From Amoebidium appalachense (lineage: Eukaryota; Protista; Ichthyosporea): 64,000 nt of DNA. Position numbers and translations under genes: made by a program. The DNA lies in assembly GCA_963693365.1 (NCBI GenBank), contig CAVNZM010000001.1:20778125-20842124 (forward strand), written 5' to 3'. The notes under the pieces are model-generated. The model had not been told where the DNA came from, did not search any database, and saw nothing but the letters and a program-made list of their open reading frames with translations. This document shows, one piece after another, positions 18,753-43,446 of the stretch; position 1 is the first letter of the stretch; every line of letters starts with the position of its first letter.

Positions 18753-18826
18753 GGCAGCACGTAGCTGCACGTCTCTTTTACCCCCCACGTATTTGCTTTT
18801 CAACACCGCCCACAGACAACAGGAAC

Positions 18827-19482
18827 ATGCTGCGCCAGCGGGCTACGTGGATGGCCAGGGGCCTGACCGTGCCACCACCCTTGGCCCATCCAGGCCACGC
18901 ACAGTCTGAGGCCCACCTGCACCCCCAGCCTCTGCTTGTCAGGTAGGTCTTGGTGCTCGGTGTGGGTGTGTGGCTGGTTCACTGAGTTGCCTGAGTGGGT
19001 AGATGGAGGAATAGGGGGGAACCGTTTGTTTGTTGCAGGCCATAGCTCCTGGGTATTTGCAGATATTTTTCTTTGGTATGCTGACCTCTGCTGTCCACAG
19101 TCGGTCCCGGCGCTGCCTATTTGGGCCCACGGACCACACGGCGCTTGCCAGCGAGCTGCAGGCCGAGCAGGACGCCCTCAGGGCCCGCCACAGCCACACG
19201 TGGAACTTCGACTTTGCGGCCGACCGCCCGGCCGAGGGCCCCTACCAGTGGGTGGCTGCGGCCGACAGCCATCTGCCCCCCCTCTTAGACGCCGTGCCCA
19301 ACCTGCCTGGCACTGCAAGTGGGTGCCACCGCAAGAGGCTGTTTTCAGAAACAGACGACGGTGAGGCCGAGCAGCTGCTGGCCATGGTCTCCAAAAGCAC
19401 CCCACAGTACCCCCCTACACCAAACACCCCCAGGACAGTAGCCCCGGTAAAGAAGAGCTCGCGCCTAGCCCTTCCACGGTGA
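18827..19482 (+). CDS. Cip/Kip-family cyclin-dependent kinase inhibitor (p21/p27-like)
   Basis: Exons 18827-18942 and 19101-19482 (GT-AG, phase 2). SRRCLFGPTDH...WNFDFAADRPAEGPYQWV matches the CDI domain (p27: CRNLFGPVDH...WNFDFQNHKPLEGKYEW). A second RKRLF cyclin-docking motif and clustered TP sites (STP, PTP, NTPR) follow. Confidence 0.88.
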
Positions 19483-22400
19483 GAACTTTCGGGCTCTGCT
19501 GAGTTATTCATTTACTTTAAACGCCAAGGCCACTCCTCTTTCGAGCGTCTGTATGGGCTAATGTGTAAAGGTTCAAGTAGTTTCAAAGTGTAAAAGACCG
19601 TCTGCAGCCTTTTTTTTTGTAAATACTTTTTTTTCCATGCCGACTGTAGTCCCTTTAGGATATTGAAGGGAACCACATTTTAAGATGAACTTGTAGTAGT
19701 GTCGCGCCTAGTAGTGTCGCGAAGTTCTAGGGACGAAATTCACGGATTGAAATTCACGGATGTCACGTGGACTGAACGTGTGACTCTCAGTATTTAGTCT
19801 CCTTCTAGTTTTAAAGTATGCGAGACCTTTTTCCTCCACAGAAACTTTTTGAATGAGCAGCAGCCCTGGTGGCGCTGGAGCTAACTTTTGTGCTTGGTGC
19901 TGGGCACCCAACCACTAATCATACTCGAGTCCGAACTTGATCTGTCACAGTTGCACACAGTTTTACTTTCATTTCAGGTTTGCTGATACCCTGAAGACCA
20001 TCTGGCAGTATGGCGGTTACAGCAATCGTTGTTGGTGCATTACAAAATGAACGACTAGACTGTGACAGCCTTGTGTTGAACTTCACGTGCACCGCACTGG
20101 CTACATGTATAGCGTTCTTGGCGGTGTGCTGGTGCCACCATAGATGTTAACCTCATGTGTGATGACCTCATCATGTCCACTTCTGCACCATTCTCACGAT
20201 TTGTGCACAAGGCTTGTGATTTGTTTGTGCCACAGTGACAGTCTGCATCCTATGTCCATGTTATAATAATGGCCGCCGGTGTCATTGGCAGTGCTTCCAT
20301 GCGAATGTGCTGTACTACAGGAGCTCACAAACTTCGCAATGGTGCTGGGCAGATAGAGGTCTGGTGAAGACAAAGGCTTACCGACCATACTTGCGGTGCC
20401 ACGTCGAGTACCACAACCTCCTTATCCTCTTGGTAAAAGCCCCCAATGGCCTCAGTTATGCAAGCCCTCCTGCAGTCTCCAACATCTGCACTGGGATATA
20501 CGTTTCACTCTTTGATCTGATGGGGTTTGGTTGAGCCCCCGCATTTGCTGACTGATAATTCAGTGCTATAAGAACGTCACATGTGGTGAGTGCAGTAACT
20601 GTTACGTTGTTGCGAGTCGTCTTTGTGTGCCACCTCAGCTGCGCCGGTAGAACTGCCCAATGCCCAAACCTCAAAAGCGAGCTGCCACGTGGGGACCACA
20701 AGGTAGCTGCGTCTTCAACCGGCAGCTCGGAGTCTCCCTTGAGCAGGACTAACAGCCCTGAGAAGCTGGTCAATACCGGTGCCGCAGCCAAAAGCTCAAA
20801 GCCTACTCGGTCTGATGATCACATCATAATTTAATACTGCATACGGCTGAGTTCAAGGTAGAGCAAGGTGGATCAGGGGCCTCCCTGGGAGCGAGGGGGA
20901 GGAACAGGGTGGTACACCATAATGATTGGCCATCGTGACCCACGTGGGTGTGGGCAGGACCCGGGGAAAGCCGACAAAGTGGCCCTGGGTCAGCCCGGGG
21001 GGCAATCGGATCCGGAGGGGGGGATCGTAGGGGGGAAAGTGTGTAGTAACATTTGAGGGTCACTAGACTAAGTAGAGTCTGAGGGTGTTTGTATATAGGT
21101 AAGGTCCCGGAATGGGGGTTGGAAAGGGGAAGGGCCGGAAGAGCTAGATCTAATTCGTGAGCCCGACCGTTTGAAGGGGGGGGTGAGAGGAGGGAGGGGG
21201 GAAGGGGGGGGGAGGCTGCCAGCTGCAGTTACGGTGGTACGGTACCGGTATGGCCTTAGGGGGCATGGGTGTGTGAGCTGGGTGTGTGTGCGCATGTGCG
21301 TGTGTGTGTGTGTTCGGGGGGAGGGGGGGGGGGGGGGGGGGGGGGGGAGGGGGGGAGGGAGGCTCCCGAGGGATTCGGGGTCTCATGGTCCGATTGGCCT
21401 GCCATGTGGGGGACGGCGCTGCCGGCTGCTCGAGCTCCTCGGGACTAGGATTCACAAGCTAAATAGATGCCATGGCAATAGCACGTAATATCAAAGCTTT
21501 CGCAAAACGACGCTGTTAGTGGCTGCCGTCATGTCGGGACTCGTCTCTTTATGTGCGACACGGTCAAAGTTATTCCCTGTGACCGTAAGGGCTGTGAGAC
21601 CAAGTGCACAGTCACAGCCTGTGCCCGTGGCAGAGACCACCCTGACGAAGCAGTTTTCAAAGTGGCTGCAGCTGGTGCCACGGTCTCTACAGTCTAATAT
21701 AGACGAGTCCCTGAACGTGCACGTGGCATGAGACTGCAATCATTTAATCATACAAGTTTTGTAGACAACCACTGCATGCCGGACATTTTATATCCCGCTT
21801 CTTTTGGTACCCTTTAGGGCCCGCCCTCGCACATCGTCTTAAGGCGATGGTTGCAATCTCACCGGGCTGCCCAGTGACCTCGTTCCTAAGGCTTGGGCCT
21901 GGCTGCTTGACGTTGGCAACGGGCCGGGGCCGGGTGTGCCACCTCACTGAGCACGAGCCCACACACATGTGCGCACCGGCATGCCGTCACCGGCCGGCCG
22001 CCTCCGGCCGCCAGTGCCGCACTCTAACAGAACATTTGATTGGTCTAAAAATGCGCGCCAAAACATCCCATTTTCATTGGTGAATAAACGTGCCGGTCCC
22101 TGCCCGGTAGATCTATTCGACTTTGTTTTGACTACTTTCTTCAACTATTAGGACTAACTAATTAGACGCTACAAGTGCATGCGTGCACATGGTGACGTCC
22201 AAAAACCTCAAAATTTCTCCGGCGGCCCCGGGGCCCGGGAAGGGAGAGTTTAATAATTGCTTACTCGTGTACCCGGGCATTGAATTTATCTTTTACATGG
22301 ACAGGTTGGCCTGCCCCCATTAAGTCCCTCTCCACCCCCTTCCCCCCTCCACACACACACACGCGCACACACACACACACCCGCCGCCCTCCCCAACACA

Positions 22401-22597
22401 CACACGCGCACACACACACACACCCATGTACAGACACACACATACACACAGCTGTGTTGCAGGACACACTGTACGTACACACACACACACACACACAACA
22501 CACATGTGTACACACACACACACACGCAAACACACACACACACGCCATACCATACACACGCACACGCACACGCACACACGCACAGGCGCACCGTCAC

Positions 22598-22713
<116 letters not shown>

Positions 22714-22904
22714 ACCACCACCACCACCACCCACCACCACCATGGCCACCACCACCGCCACCGCAACCGCCGCCACCACCACCACCACCCACTCACCTTC
22801 CCGGCCTCCCTAGGCAAAAACACTGCGCCACAGATGTGTATGCCACAAGGCTTGTGGTCTACAGTAACTTAGACTTGGTAGCGGTGGGAAAAAATAGCTC
22901 ATTG

Positions 22905-23060
22905 GCTGCACCCCAAATAGCACCCTAGCTAGGGTACATACCGTCGGTGCTTAGTCGGCTCCAAAGGCGGTAGCTCCTATGAGGGGCCCTTATATAACGG
23001 GGGGTTCGAATTCCTCTGCGGACAAAACCGGGTAAAATGAATAAAATGTGAATAAAAAAA
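22905..23060 (+). mobile_element. Retroposon 3'-tail family A, truncated copy
   Basis: CCCTAGCTAGGGTACATACCGTCGGTGCTTAGT...GGCGGTAGCTCCTATGAGGGG...CCTCTGCGGACAAAACCGGGTAAAATGAATAAAA with an A-rich tail. Confidence 0.65.
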
Positions 23061-23361
23061 CATATGGCCCCGTGATCAACCGGTCCCCTTCCCCCTCGCA
23101 CACTTCTCACATGCAATGCCTTCCCCTCCCCCCCCCCCCCCCCCTCCCCCTCCCCCCCCCCCCCCCCCCCCGGGCGGGAATAAGCACGTATTTACGCCGG
23201 AGGCTCGCTGTTACAGGACAGGGGCACACTATTTACTATTACACGACCATAGTGCACATATTTTACGCGTGGTGAAAGAACTAATATAGTACCCTGCCGT
23301 CCCCACCACCACGAACACACTGTGACTGTCACACACGGCACACACACACACACACACACAC

Positions 23362-23474
<113 letters not shown>

Positions 23475-23581
23475 CACACACACACACACACAATGCGCCA
23501 CTTTTTGCCACAAACATTAACATAACCACCGGTACCACCGCGTAGGTTATAGTCACTCACCACTGAATAGCCATTTTGCAA

Positions 23582-23612
<31 letters not shown>

Positions 23613-23902
23613 ACACACACACACCTTCCACCCCACGTGGCACCCCACCTGGGCCACCACTGTCCCCCCCCCCCCCCCCCCCCCCCCCCCGCTGCCCATC
23701 CCCCCCCCCCCTTCCTTCATGCGTTTCTTTTGGTCTGTTTCAGCACCACCAGCACATGCCCAACCACTCCCCCCTCCCCCCCCCCCTCCCCCTCCTCCTG
23801 CCCCCCTCTCCTCGGGGGGAACAAAGAAAGGGAGGTGCTCGGCCGGCTCCCGCGGGGGGAGTTCTAGAGAGAGATAATGAGGTAGATAGAGAAAGCTCGA
23901 TA

Positions 23903-23933
<31 letters not shown>

Positions 23934-23986
23934 GGAGAGGGATGAGAGAGAGAGCGAGAGAGGGATGGAAGGAGGGAGGGATCTAT

Positions 23987-24101
<115 letters not shown>

Positions 24102-24249
24102 GGGTGTGTGTGGCTACTTTCGTTTTCAGATCAAATTTACGAGTTGGCTGACACAGTGCCTTTGGAAATAAATGAGGTCATTTGGGAGAGAAGTTATGGT
24201 TGTCGGTGGTTGGTTGTTGGTGTTGTGTGTCCTTTTTTTTTTTTTTTTT

Positions 24250-24280
<31 letters not shown>

Positions 24281-25093
24281 GGGGGGAAGGGGAGAACGCT
24301 CAGGAGTAGGAAAAGGAGGAGTTTAACGAGGGTAGGGCCCAGGCGGGGGAGGGGGAGGGGAGTTGAACGGAGGGACGGGGGGGAGGGGGGGGGGGGGGGG
24401 AGAGAGCAGGTGGGGCAGGCGCCACAGCATTGTTGTGCACTGACACCGGTACGTACATCATGAGTGCCGCTGGTTTGGGGAGGTTGAAGGGGACTGCAAA
24501 CGTGGACACAAAGTTATAAGTGGTGTGTTTGGTTTGTGGGGGGGAGGGGGAGGGGGTGAGGGAGGGAGGGAGGGGGGAGGCCGGTGTGGACCCCACGTGA
24601 AGAGAAGGGGAACGTGGTTTTTTTTGTAGCAGAAGAGGAGTTTGTGTGTGAGAGGGGAGGATGGCCACAGAGAGAGGTGTGGTGGTATTGGTACCGTTAA
24701 AAAGGAGAACCCAACCACATGAACAGCATGAACCTGCTGCAAAATGGGTTATTCAGCAGAAGGAAAAGGGATCAATTCTGTATGGACCAGAAGTATTCTG
24801 CCACTAGACTCTAGTCTGCAAAAAAGAAGAGGATGTATTCTGCTGGCGACGGCAGGATTATTCTGCTTTTACTCTGCTCAGTGTAACCGCTGTAGTCTGC
24901 AAAAGCAGAGTTATAATATTGCAAAAAGCAAAGTTATTGAAAAGGAGAAGCAAACTTGTTTTGCGAAAAGCAGAACTGTTCTACCAGAACATTTCTGCTG
25001 ATGTGGTTGGGCCCTCTAAGGAGGTGATGACCACGACGTATAAATAAGGGCATGTGAAGGGGGGGGGGGGGGGGGGGGGGGAGGGGGAGACTG

Positions 25094-25206
<113 letters not shown>

Positions 25207-25361
25207 AAAGTAATTCCATTAGTGGGCAGGTGCTGTAAGCTAGGAATACCACTGGATTGGGGAAAGGAGGGGAGGGGGGAGGCGGGGGAGGGGGGAGGGG
25301 GGACATTCTCTGCTCACATGCTTGTCTATGCATACCAATTATAATTGGGAGACCCCCCCCC

Positions 25362-25408
<47 letters not shown>

Positions 25409-25888
25409 AAGAGGATGGGAGGAGTTACTGTTCGCGTATATCATTTGTGTGTGTGTGTTGTGGTCGACGGTATGGAAGTCACAGTTGCCCGGTGGTTATG
25501 ATGGTGTTAAATGGTGGTTGGGAGCTCTGACGGTTGGAGAGGTGGTTAAGGGGGAGGGGGGAGGGGGGAGGGGGAAGGGAAAGGGGAAGGGGGAGGGAGG
25601 AACTGGGGAGGGGAAGGAGACTGTGTACAGACTGCGGGGAGGGGGAGGAAATATGGTTGTTTAGGTGCATGCGCATGATGCAGACACAAAAATTAAGGGC
25701 ACGGGAGAGTTCAGGATTACTCATAGTTATCAAACACAACGTTTCTGAACCAATTGCATTTACTTGAAAGGTAGCCCTCTACATCATCAGGCTAAGAGTA
25801 ACATAAGAGGCAGAATAGTTATCTATATGCTGATTCAACATAGGGCGTGAATGCTGGTTATCTGATTATCCAACCCATAAGTGCACAC

Positions 25889-25950
25889 ACATAGATTGCG
25901 CACATAGATTGCACACATAGATTGCACACATAGATTGCACACATAGATGC
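25889..25950. repeat. 13-bp tandem repeat, about 5 copies
   Basis: Unit CACATAGATTGCA. Confidence 0.85.
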
Positions 25951-26733
25951 ACGCATTAACAATGCAAATCATTACCTCATGATGTGCAGCCTTAAGGGCC
26001 TGCGTAGGGTGGTTTGTCGCACATGCAGTCTTCCTGTGCTCGTGCATCTTAATAATATAGCCCAGCCAACCGTTACCCCCGAGGCATTTTTGCCCCCACG
26101 TACCCGTGGGCTCACCCCCCAGGCACCTCATAGGCTGGCTGGGGAAATATGCTTCCGTTTTGGGGGAGGAAGGGGGGGGGGGGGGGGGGGGGGGAGAAGG
26201 GGGGGAGGGGGGAGGAGGTGGTGGGGGAGAGGGGGAGGGGGGGGGGGGGGAGGGGGGGGAGAGAGAGACGGATAATTTGAACAAAGGGATGTGCCAGAAG
26301 ATGTTGCCTAAAAAACCCCCGGTTAGTTCTAGCAACGAATGGGCTGGTGGAGTGAGAGAGGGAGGCAGGGCGAAGTATGTAGGGGAATTAAAGGTTTTGA
26401 GTCGAAGAGATCCGACAAGAGACTATGAGGTTAACGTTGAGGGGACTGAATGGGTCAGTGGTTGGCAGGAGGGACTTGGGGGCTATTAAGGCATTAGTGG
26501 TGGTGTGTGGGAAAGTGTGTGCAAACCTGTGTATGTCATAGTGTCGGAGTGGGTCGGGGGGAAAGGGCAGCCAAGGGGGAGGGAAGTGATTGGTATGGGG
26601 GGTGATAGCCCCCCCTGAAAAACTAAAGGACGGGGGGGGGTGGGGGGGTGACGGGGTTTAGGGAGACGCTAGAGTGTAGTGCGTCTGTGTGTGTGTAAAG
26701 CTTAGCGAGAGTTCGGTAGGTCGGGGGCAGAGG

Positions 26734-26805
26734 TGACTGGACATGTGAGGTGCAATTTGGGTGGATGTCTGACTGGACATGTGAGGTGCAATTTGGGTGG
26801 ATGTC
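26734..26805. repeat. 36-bp perfect tandem duplication
   Basis: TGACTGGACATGTGAGGTGCAATTTGGGTGGATGTC at 26734 and 26770. Confidence 0.9.
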
Positions 26806-26863
26806 GCAGAAACCAGGTGGGAAGGGGTGTGGCGCATCTACGAGTTCCCGTTGAGGGGAGGGG

Positions 26864-26897
<34 letters not shown>

Positions 26898-27909
26898 TGG
26901 AAGGCTGGAGACTCCGAGGGGAGGGGGTACCTAATAGTAAATGTAAGGATGGGGATGTGCAAATGCATCCATTGCACAATGTGAATATGGTGCTGCAAGA
27001 AACTTCGAATGAGTGTAGGTGGAGTGGGGCTACGCCCGAGGTGGGTGGGTAGGGGAGGAGGAGTGGGGGGGGTGGGGGGGGAGGAGGAGTGGGAGGGATG
27101 GGTGAGGGGGAGGTGGGACATTACAATCTGCATGGCTGAGATATGTGTTGTTCAGTTAGGGCCTGTACCTAGGCACACGGCATGGAGGGCAGACCCTCAA
27201 CCAATCACTGTGGGTCTAGACTCTTTGGGCCGCAGCATGGTAGCTGGGTGGTGCTTATGGTGTGGGTGTGTGGATGTGGGTGTGTGTGGGTGGGTGTGTG
27301 GGTGGGGAGTGTGGATGTGAGCGTGTGGGTGGGTGTGTGGATGTGGGTGTGTGGGTAGGTATGGGTAGGTGCGTGTAGGTGTGTTGATATGGTGTAAGTA
27401 TATGGGTGTGGGTCTGTGTATTTAATATGTGTGTGTCTGTCTGGTGTGTGTGTGTGTGTGTGTCTGCATGTGTGTGTTTGAGTGTCTGTGTGTGTGTGTG
27501 TGTCTCGGAGTGCACACACGTGTGTGTGTGTGTGTCTAGGTGTGTGTGTGGTTGGGTGCGGGTGTGTGTATGCGCGCGTGTGTGTATGTGTGTATGAATG
27601 TGTGTGTGGGTGTATGTGGGCGTGTGTGTTTGTGTGTGCGTGTGTGTGTGTGTGAGTGAGTGAGTGTGTGTGTGTGTGGGTGGGTGTGCGTGGGTGACTA
27701 TGGGTGGGTGTGCGTGTGTGCGGGGCCCGGGTGCGCACTCTGTGTGAATGTGGAACTCGAGGGAGGGTGGCGGCAGGACGGGGGAACGGGAGTGTACATG
27801 TACAGAGCCATGTATAGGCAGCGAGGGACAGAACTTGTGGTTCATCTTTCAACCGATAGTATTTTCTAAACCAGTGGTGACAACGGGCGGCCTGCAAAAC
27901 CCGGTGACA

Positions 27910-27941
<32 letters not shown>

Positions 27942-28506
27942 ACCTTCTCTCCAACCCCCGACCAGGGGGGCCAAGTTGGGAAATGAATAAAAGGCTTTCG
28001 AAGGAACTGTACACAAACCCCCCATGCACAAGTGTCTGCATTGCTCCCTGTCGGGCTGATGCTATTGGTCGAATGTCAGTGGGGTGGCACCCGGCCAGCA
28101 GCCCACTATTCGTTAGACTATTATGACGTCATGCAGGCCTTAATTCTCCCTGCTATGCTGGTTCGAAGACCTTACAGAATACATACATTTCGAAAGCTTA
28201 TTTCGAGGTGGAATAACACTACTCTTACATTTCTTTTAGTGGTTATGATAACCAGTGGAATTACAGTTAAAGGCGAGGCTAACAGGGGCAGACCAAACAA
28301 ATCACTCTCTCTGATTGGTTCCCTTGTAGTCCTACTCGTGTCTATTTTTCACGCATCAACACAACAATATACCATTAATAGGTTCGCACTATCCAACTAC
28401 CATGGTTTTAGCGACAAAATTACGAAGTTTCACGTTCATTCGCCTAGGACATACAGTACATGGCCCTCTGGGGCTTCTACAATGCTCTCCATCTGCGTCA
28501 GTCTCC

Positions 28507-39840
<11,334 letters not shown>

Positions 39841-41255
39841 GTCTACAACTTAGTCGGGGTGCCCGTGGGCCCCTCTTAGAGCAGAAGGAGTGCTTGCATG
39901 GAACAAATTATAAAAAAAGCGTGTGGGATGTAGAGCTGGAGCGTGGATAACGTTTCTTTTTCTCCTAGCCGTATGCACATGTGGCATGCTTCTATTGCTA
40001 GTTGTGTGGCGTGCTACTGGCTGCAGCTGGCTGGTCAAGGAAAGAATACGGAATACGCAATACTACAGCAGTGGGTTCCATTAGAATGGGCTTGGCTCTA
40101 GATCGTGGCGCCGGGGTAGCATAAGTTTTCTTCTAGCTTGGTGAGGAGCAGCTAAAATAATTAATCAGCAGCTATGACAAAGATATTGTTGCTAGCATCT
40201 CGTTCGGTGGCAGGGAAAGAGTACTGAAAACGAGAAACAGGCTAAAGGATCAACGACCTGTGTGTACCAGCACACATGTGCTGGTGCATCAATGGGTACC
40301 TAGGGTTGTTTCAGGATACGTTATTTTGAGCTTGGAGAGCTACTGTTTTTGCATATGTGAATTACTGTGGTGCATTTACATGTATCTGTTCTATATGTGC
40401 AAATAAATAACTAAGTATGACTTTCCGAAATGGCAACTTCCAAGTTCCAACAAGGCTTCGCGAAGTTCTAAGTGTAAACACACGAGGTGATAAGGCGGGC
40501 AAGAGCATGGAATTCAATGCCATTGGTTGCTATTGGCTTAGTTGACATATGTTGTCGCAAAGGAATGTGCAATGAGCAAACCGGGCTAGCTGATCTGATT
40601 GATCAAAGCTAGTTCTTTAGCCAATAAAACGGCGGGGTTGGAACGACGTGTATTATTATTAGTAAATAATCATGCAACGGTCTGGGGGATTGCCCGGCAA
40701 GACGGAGTTGCATAATCGCCACTGTAGTCTGCCAGTGTCTGACTCCTCCAGGGTCTCCCACCTCACGTTGGGTCGACCGACAAGTTCCGAGTCAAGGCTT
40801 TCTGCAGGCTGTTGACTGTTTTCTTGCGAATTTCCGGCGCTCAGACGTTCATAGACAGTGTCACCTGGCACCTGGACCAGGTTGACTTTCTTTCCGCAGG
40901 CCTGTTTCAGGCCCGCAGCTTGGCAAGAATGCGCATGACAGTGACCACGTGCACCGGTGCCGTTTCACGTTTCGTTTCGAAACTTGGTGTATTAATAAAC
41001 ACTTGGGCTGCGTGCCAGATGCCGTGACATTGCCGTCAATGCCCCTTTGGTCCCCCGCATGCGGCACTGCAGTACTGCAGAGCAACTTGCTGGCGACGTG
41101 CATGTGCGGCTGGTGAACACTCAGGTGTAGTACTTTCCGCTCAACAATATGTAGAGCTAAACAATACCGAAACAGCATATCCTCGATGGTGGTTTCACTG
41201 TTGTGACTTCATGCTGCCGGAGTATCACGTGCACATGCGCCCATTCGCACTTATA

Positions 41256-41844
41256 TATTTTTTATTTTATTTTTTATTTTATTTTATCCCGTTTCACTCC
41301 CGGCGAGGCACTGCCTCAGGCCTAGGGGAGCTTACCGTCTTCCGCCTAGACACAGATCGTACTGTATAGCACACTCATAAGTCAGGATTCTAATTGACCC
41401 CAACTGGCACTATTTTTAGTTACGCCTTATCCCACGGTTCCAGCCGCAGCAACGCTAGTGGGGAAGTGAGCACAGCTCACTTTAACAACACCAGCCGGGA
41501 GCGACCCGGGACACATACACAAACATAAAGACTTGAAAGGGAAGACCCCATGCCCAGGACGCTGACCCGAACCGTGGCCGGTGACTCGGATTGGTCTCCC
41601 ACTTGAACGTTGGGCTGGGATACCCAAGCGGCGCGCCGTCGACGTCAGAGGGCCGGTGCTGTTCATGACGTCATGTCTTGCGGCCGGATGATAACAAATT
41701 GGTGGTGCTGCTTGACGTGGTCTGGGGTGATGGCTTCTAGGGGGCGGCCAGACAGTCGAGGCAGAAAAATCGGAAGTAACCAGGATCGATCCTGCGACTT
41801 TGAGCTTGACACGCAGAGATCTTACCATTGCACCAACCCGCCCC
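41256..41844 (-). mobile_element. Full-length tRNA-derived SINE (~590 bp) with A-rich tail and 16-bp target-site duplication
   Basis: TSD CCCATTCGCACTTATA at 41240-41255 and 41845-41860. The minus-strand head GGGGCGGGTTGGTGCAATGGTAAG...GCAGGATCGATCCTGG carries Pol III A-box and B-box-like motifs. The 3' end is ...GACGGTAAGCTCCC..GGGAGTGAAACGGGATAAAA followed by (TAAAA)n. Confidence 0.85.
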
Positions 41845-42039
41845 CCCATTCGCACTTATAGGTCACTAGCTAAAGTAGCCATAATAAGGGGATCTTGAAT
41901 TCAAGAAGGGAGGCTGTGGGGGGGGAGGGGGGGGGGGAGGAGGGGGGGGGGGGAGGAGGGGGGGGGGGAGGGAAGGGGGAGGCCTGGAGGGGGAAGGGAG
42001 GAAGGGAGGGAGGGGTACCACGGACCCTTTCACTTTAAA

Positions 42040-42160
42040 TTTTTATTTTATCACGTTTTGTTCCTGGAGAGCCTTTGCAAGCCCTCTAGGGAACTACCGT
42101 CTACTACAGGTAGCACCGACACTAATTAGCACACGACTAATAGGGTACTAGCTTTGAGTT
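42040..42160 (-). mobile_element. Retroposon 3'-tail family A, truncated copy
   Basis: Minus strand reads GTCGGTGCTACCTGTAGTAGACGGTAGTTCCCTAGAGGGCTTGCAAAGGCTCTCCAGGAACAAAACGTGATAAAATAAAAA. Confidence 0.75.
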
Positions 42161-42730
42161 AAGCTAAGCTAGACCATCCTTTACTAACATGATTACAAGT
42201 ACTGTACACACTTTGCCTAGGGTTACTACCCCAGCCACGCCGGCAGGAGCTCGAGGGAGTGATAACTATAAATAATATCATTACATGTCGATATTTACTA
42301 CTACCAGTAAGCGTATTCCCCCGCCCAATCCCCTCCTCCCCACAGGGGATGGCCAAACATATCACTCACCCTTACTACCCCACTCACTTGAGTTATTTGT
42401 TGCGACCAGCGCTTGATATTGTGAAGTACTGGGCTCAATATCGTGCCCACCGCGCTGTTGTGTGGTCGTGTGTGCATGTGTTTCAAAGTGTGAGAATGCC
42501 GTGTGTGCAAAACTGCTCTGTACAGTGGTGTGGCCGTGGCTGTGAATTTTCGGGTGTGTACTTGGCAAAGCCCGGATGGCCTGGCCCATGCTAACAGGTT
42601 CTCTGGCATGTACATGTGTGTGTGTTGTAAACATGGTGTTGTTCAACGGACGAATGCAACTACTTGCCCGATTCTACAATTGGCCTTTGGGGGCATGTTT
42701 GTGTGAGGGTATGTTTGTGTACGTGTGTGC

Positions 42731-42821
<91 letters not shown>

Positions 42822-42931
42822 ACTGCGCCATGCACGTGTGTGTGTATGTGTGTGTGTGTGCAGTGCATGTCGTGTGATCATGACACTGTGCATGCAAGTG
42901 TAAGCGTGTGTGCGTGTGTGCGTATACACAC

Positions 42932-42986
<55 letters not shown>

Positions 42987-42992
42987 TGTGTG

Positions 42993-43025
<33 letters not shown>

Positions 43026-43349
43026 GCGCACACGTGCCCTTGGGTGTGCCACGGCGCCCCTACGTTCAAGTTGTGTGCATGTGGTAATGTGTGTGTGCCT
43101 AGCCCTGCCTGGTCCACGAAGAGCATGGCGCAAACCCCAGTGTGAAGTTTAGTGACATGTGTGTGTGGGTGCATTGTTGGCAATACAGGTATGTACGGAC
43201 GATGGGTGCGAAAGGGGGGACTTCGGAGAGAGAGTCGGTGATGGGGGCTAAAGGGGTACTACGGGACACGGGGAGTGAGAGAGAAGAAAAGGAGAGAGAA
43301 AGTGTGTGATTGTGCCTGTATGTAAGGTCGGATTGAGCGTATATGTACA

Positions 43350-43446
43350 TGTCGGTGCTGTGTGGTACACGGTAGTGTTCAGGTAGTTCCCATGAGGGCC
43401 CCCTGGCGGGGTCCCTCCGGGAACAAAACGGGATAAAATAAAAAAA
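43350..43446 (+). mobile_element. Retroposon 3'-tail family A, truncated copy
   Basis: TGTCGGTGCT...GGTAGTTCCCATGAGGGCCCCCTGGCGGGGTCCCTCCGGGAACAAAACGGGATAAAATAAAAAA. Confidence 0.75.

Noticed and set aside
19900-21970. Protein-coding gene or transposase in complex sequence downstream of the CKI (similarly 40650-41200)
   Set aside because: Only short ORFs without identifiable motifs or a consistent splice chain. Cannot be supported without a homology search.
41766-41844. Functional tRNA-Asp gene
   Set aside because: Acceptor, anticodon and T stems pair poorly, and the sequence is the head of a TSD-flanked SINE.
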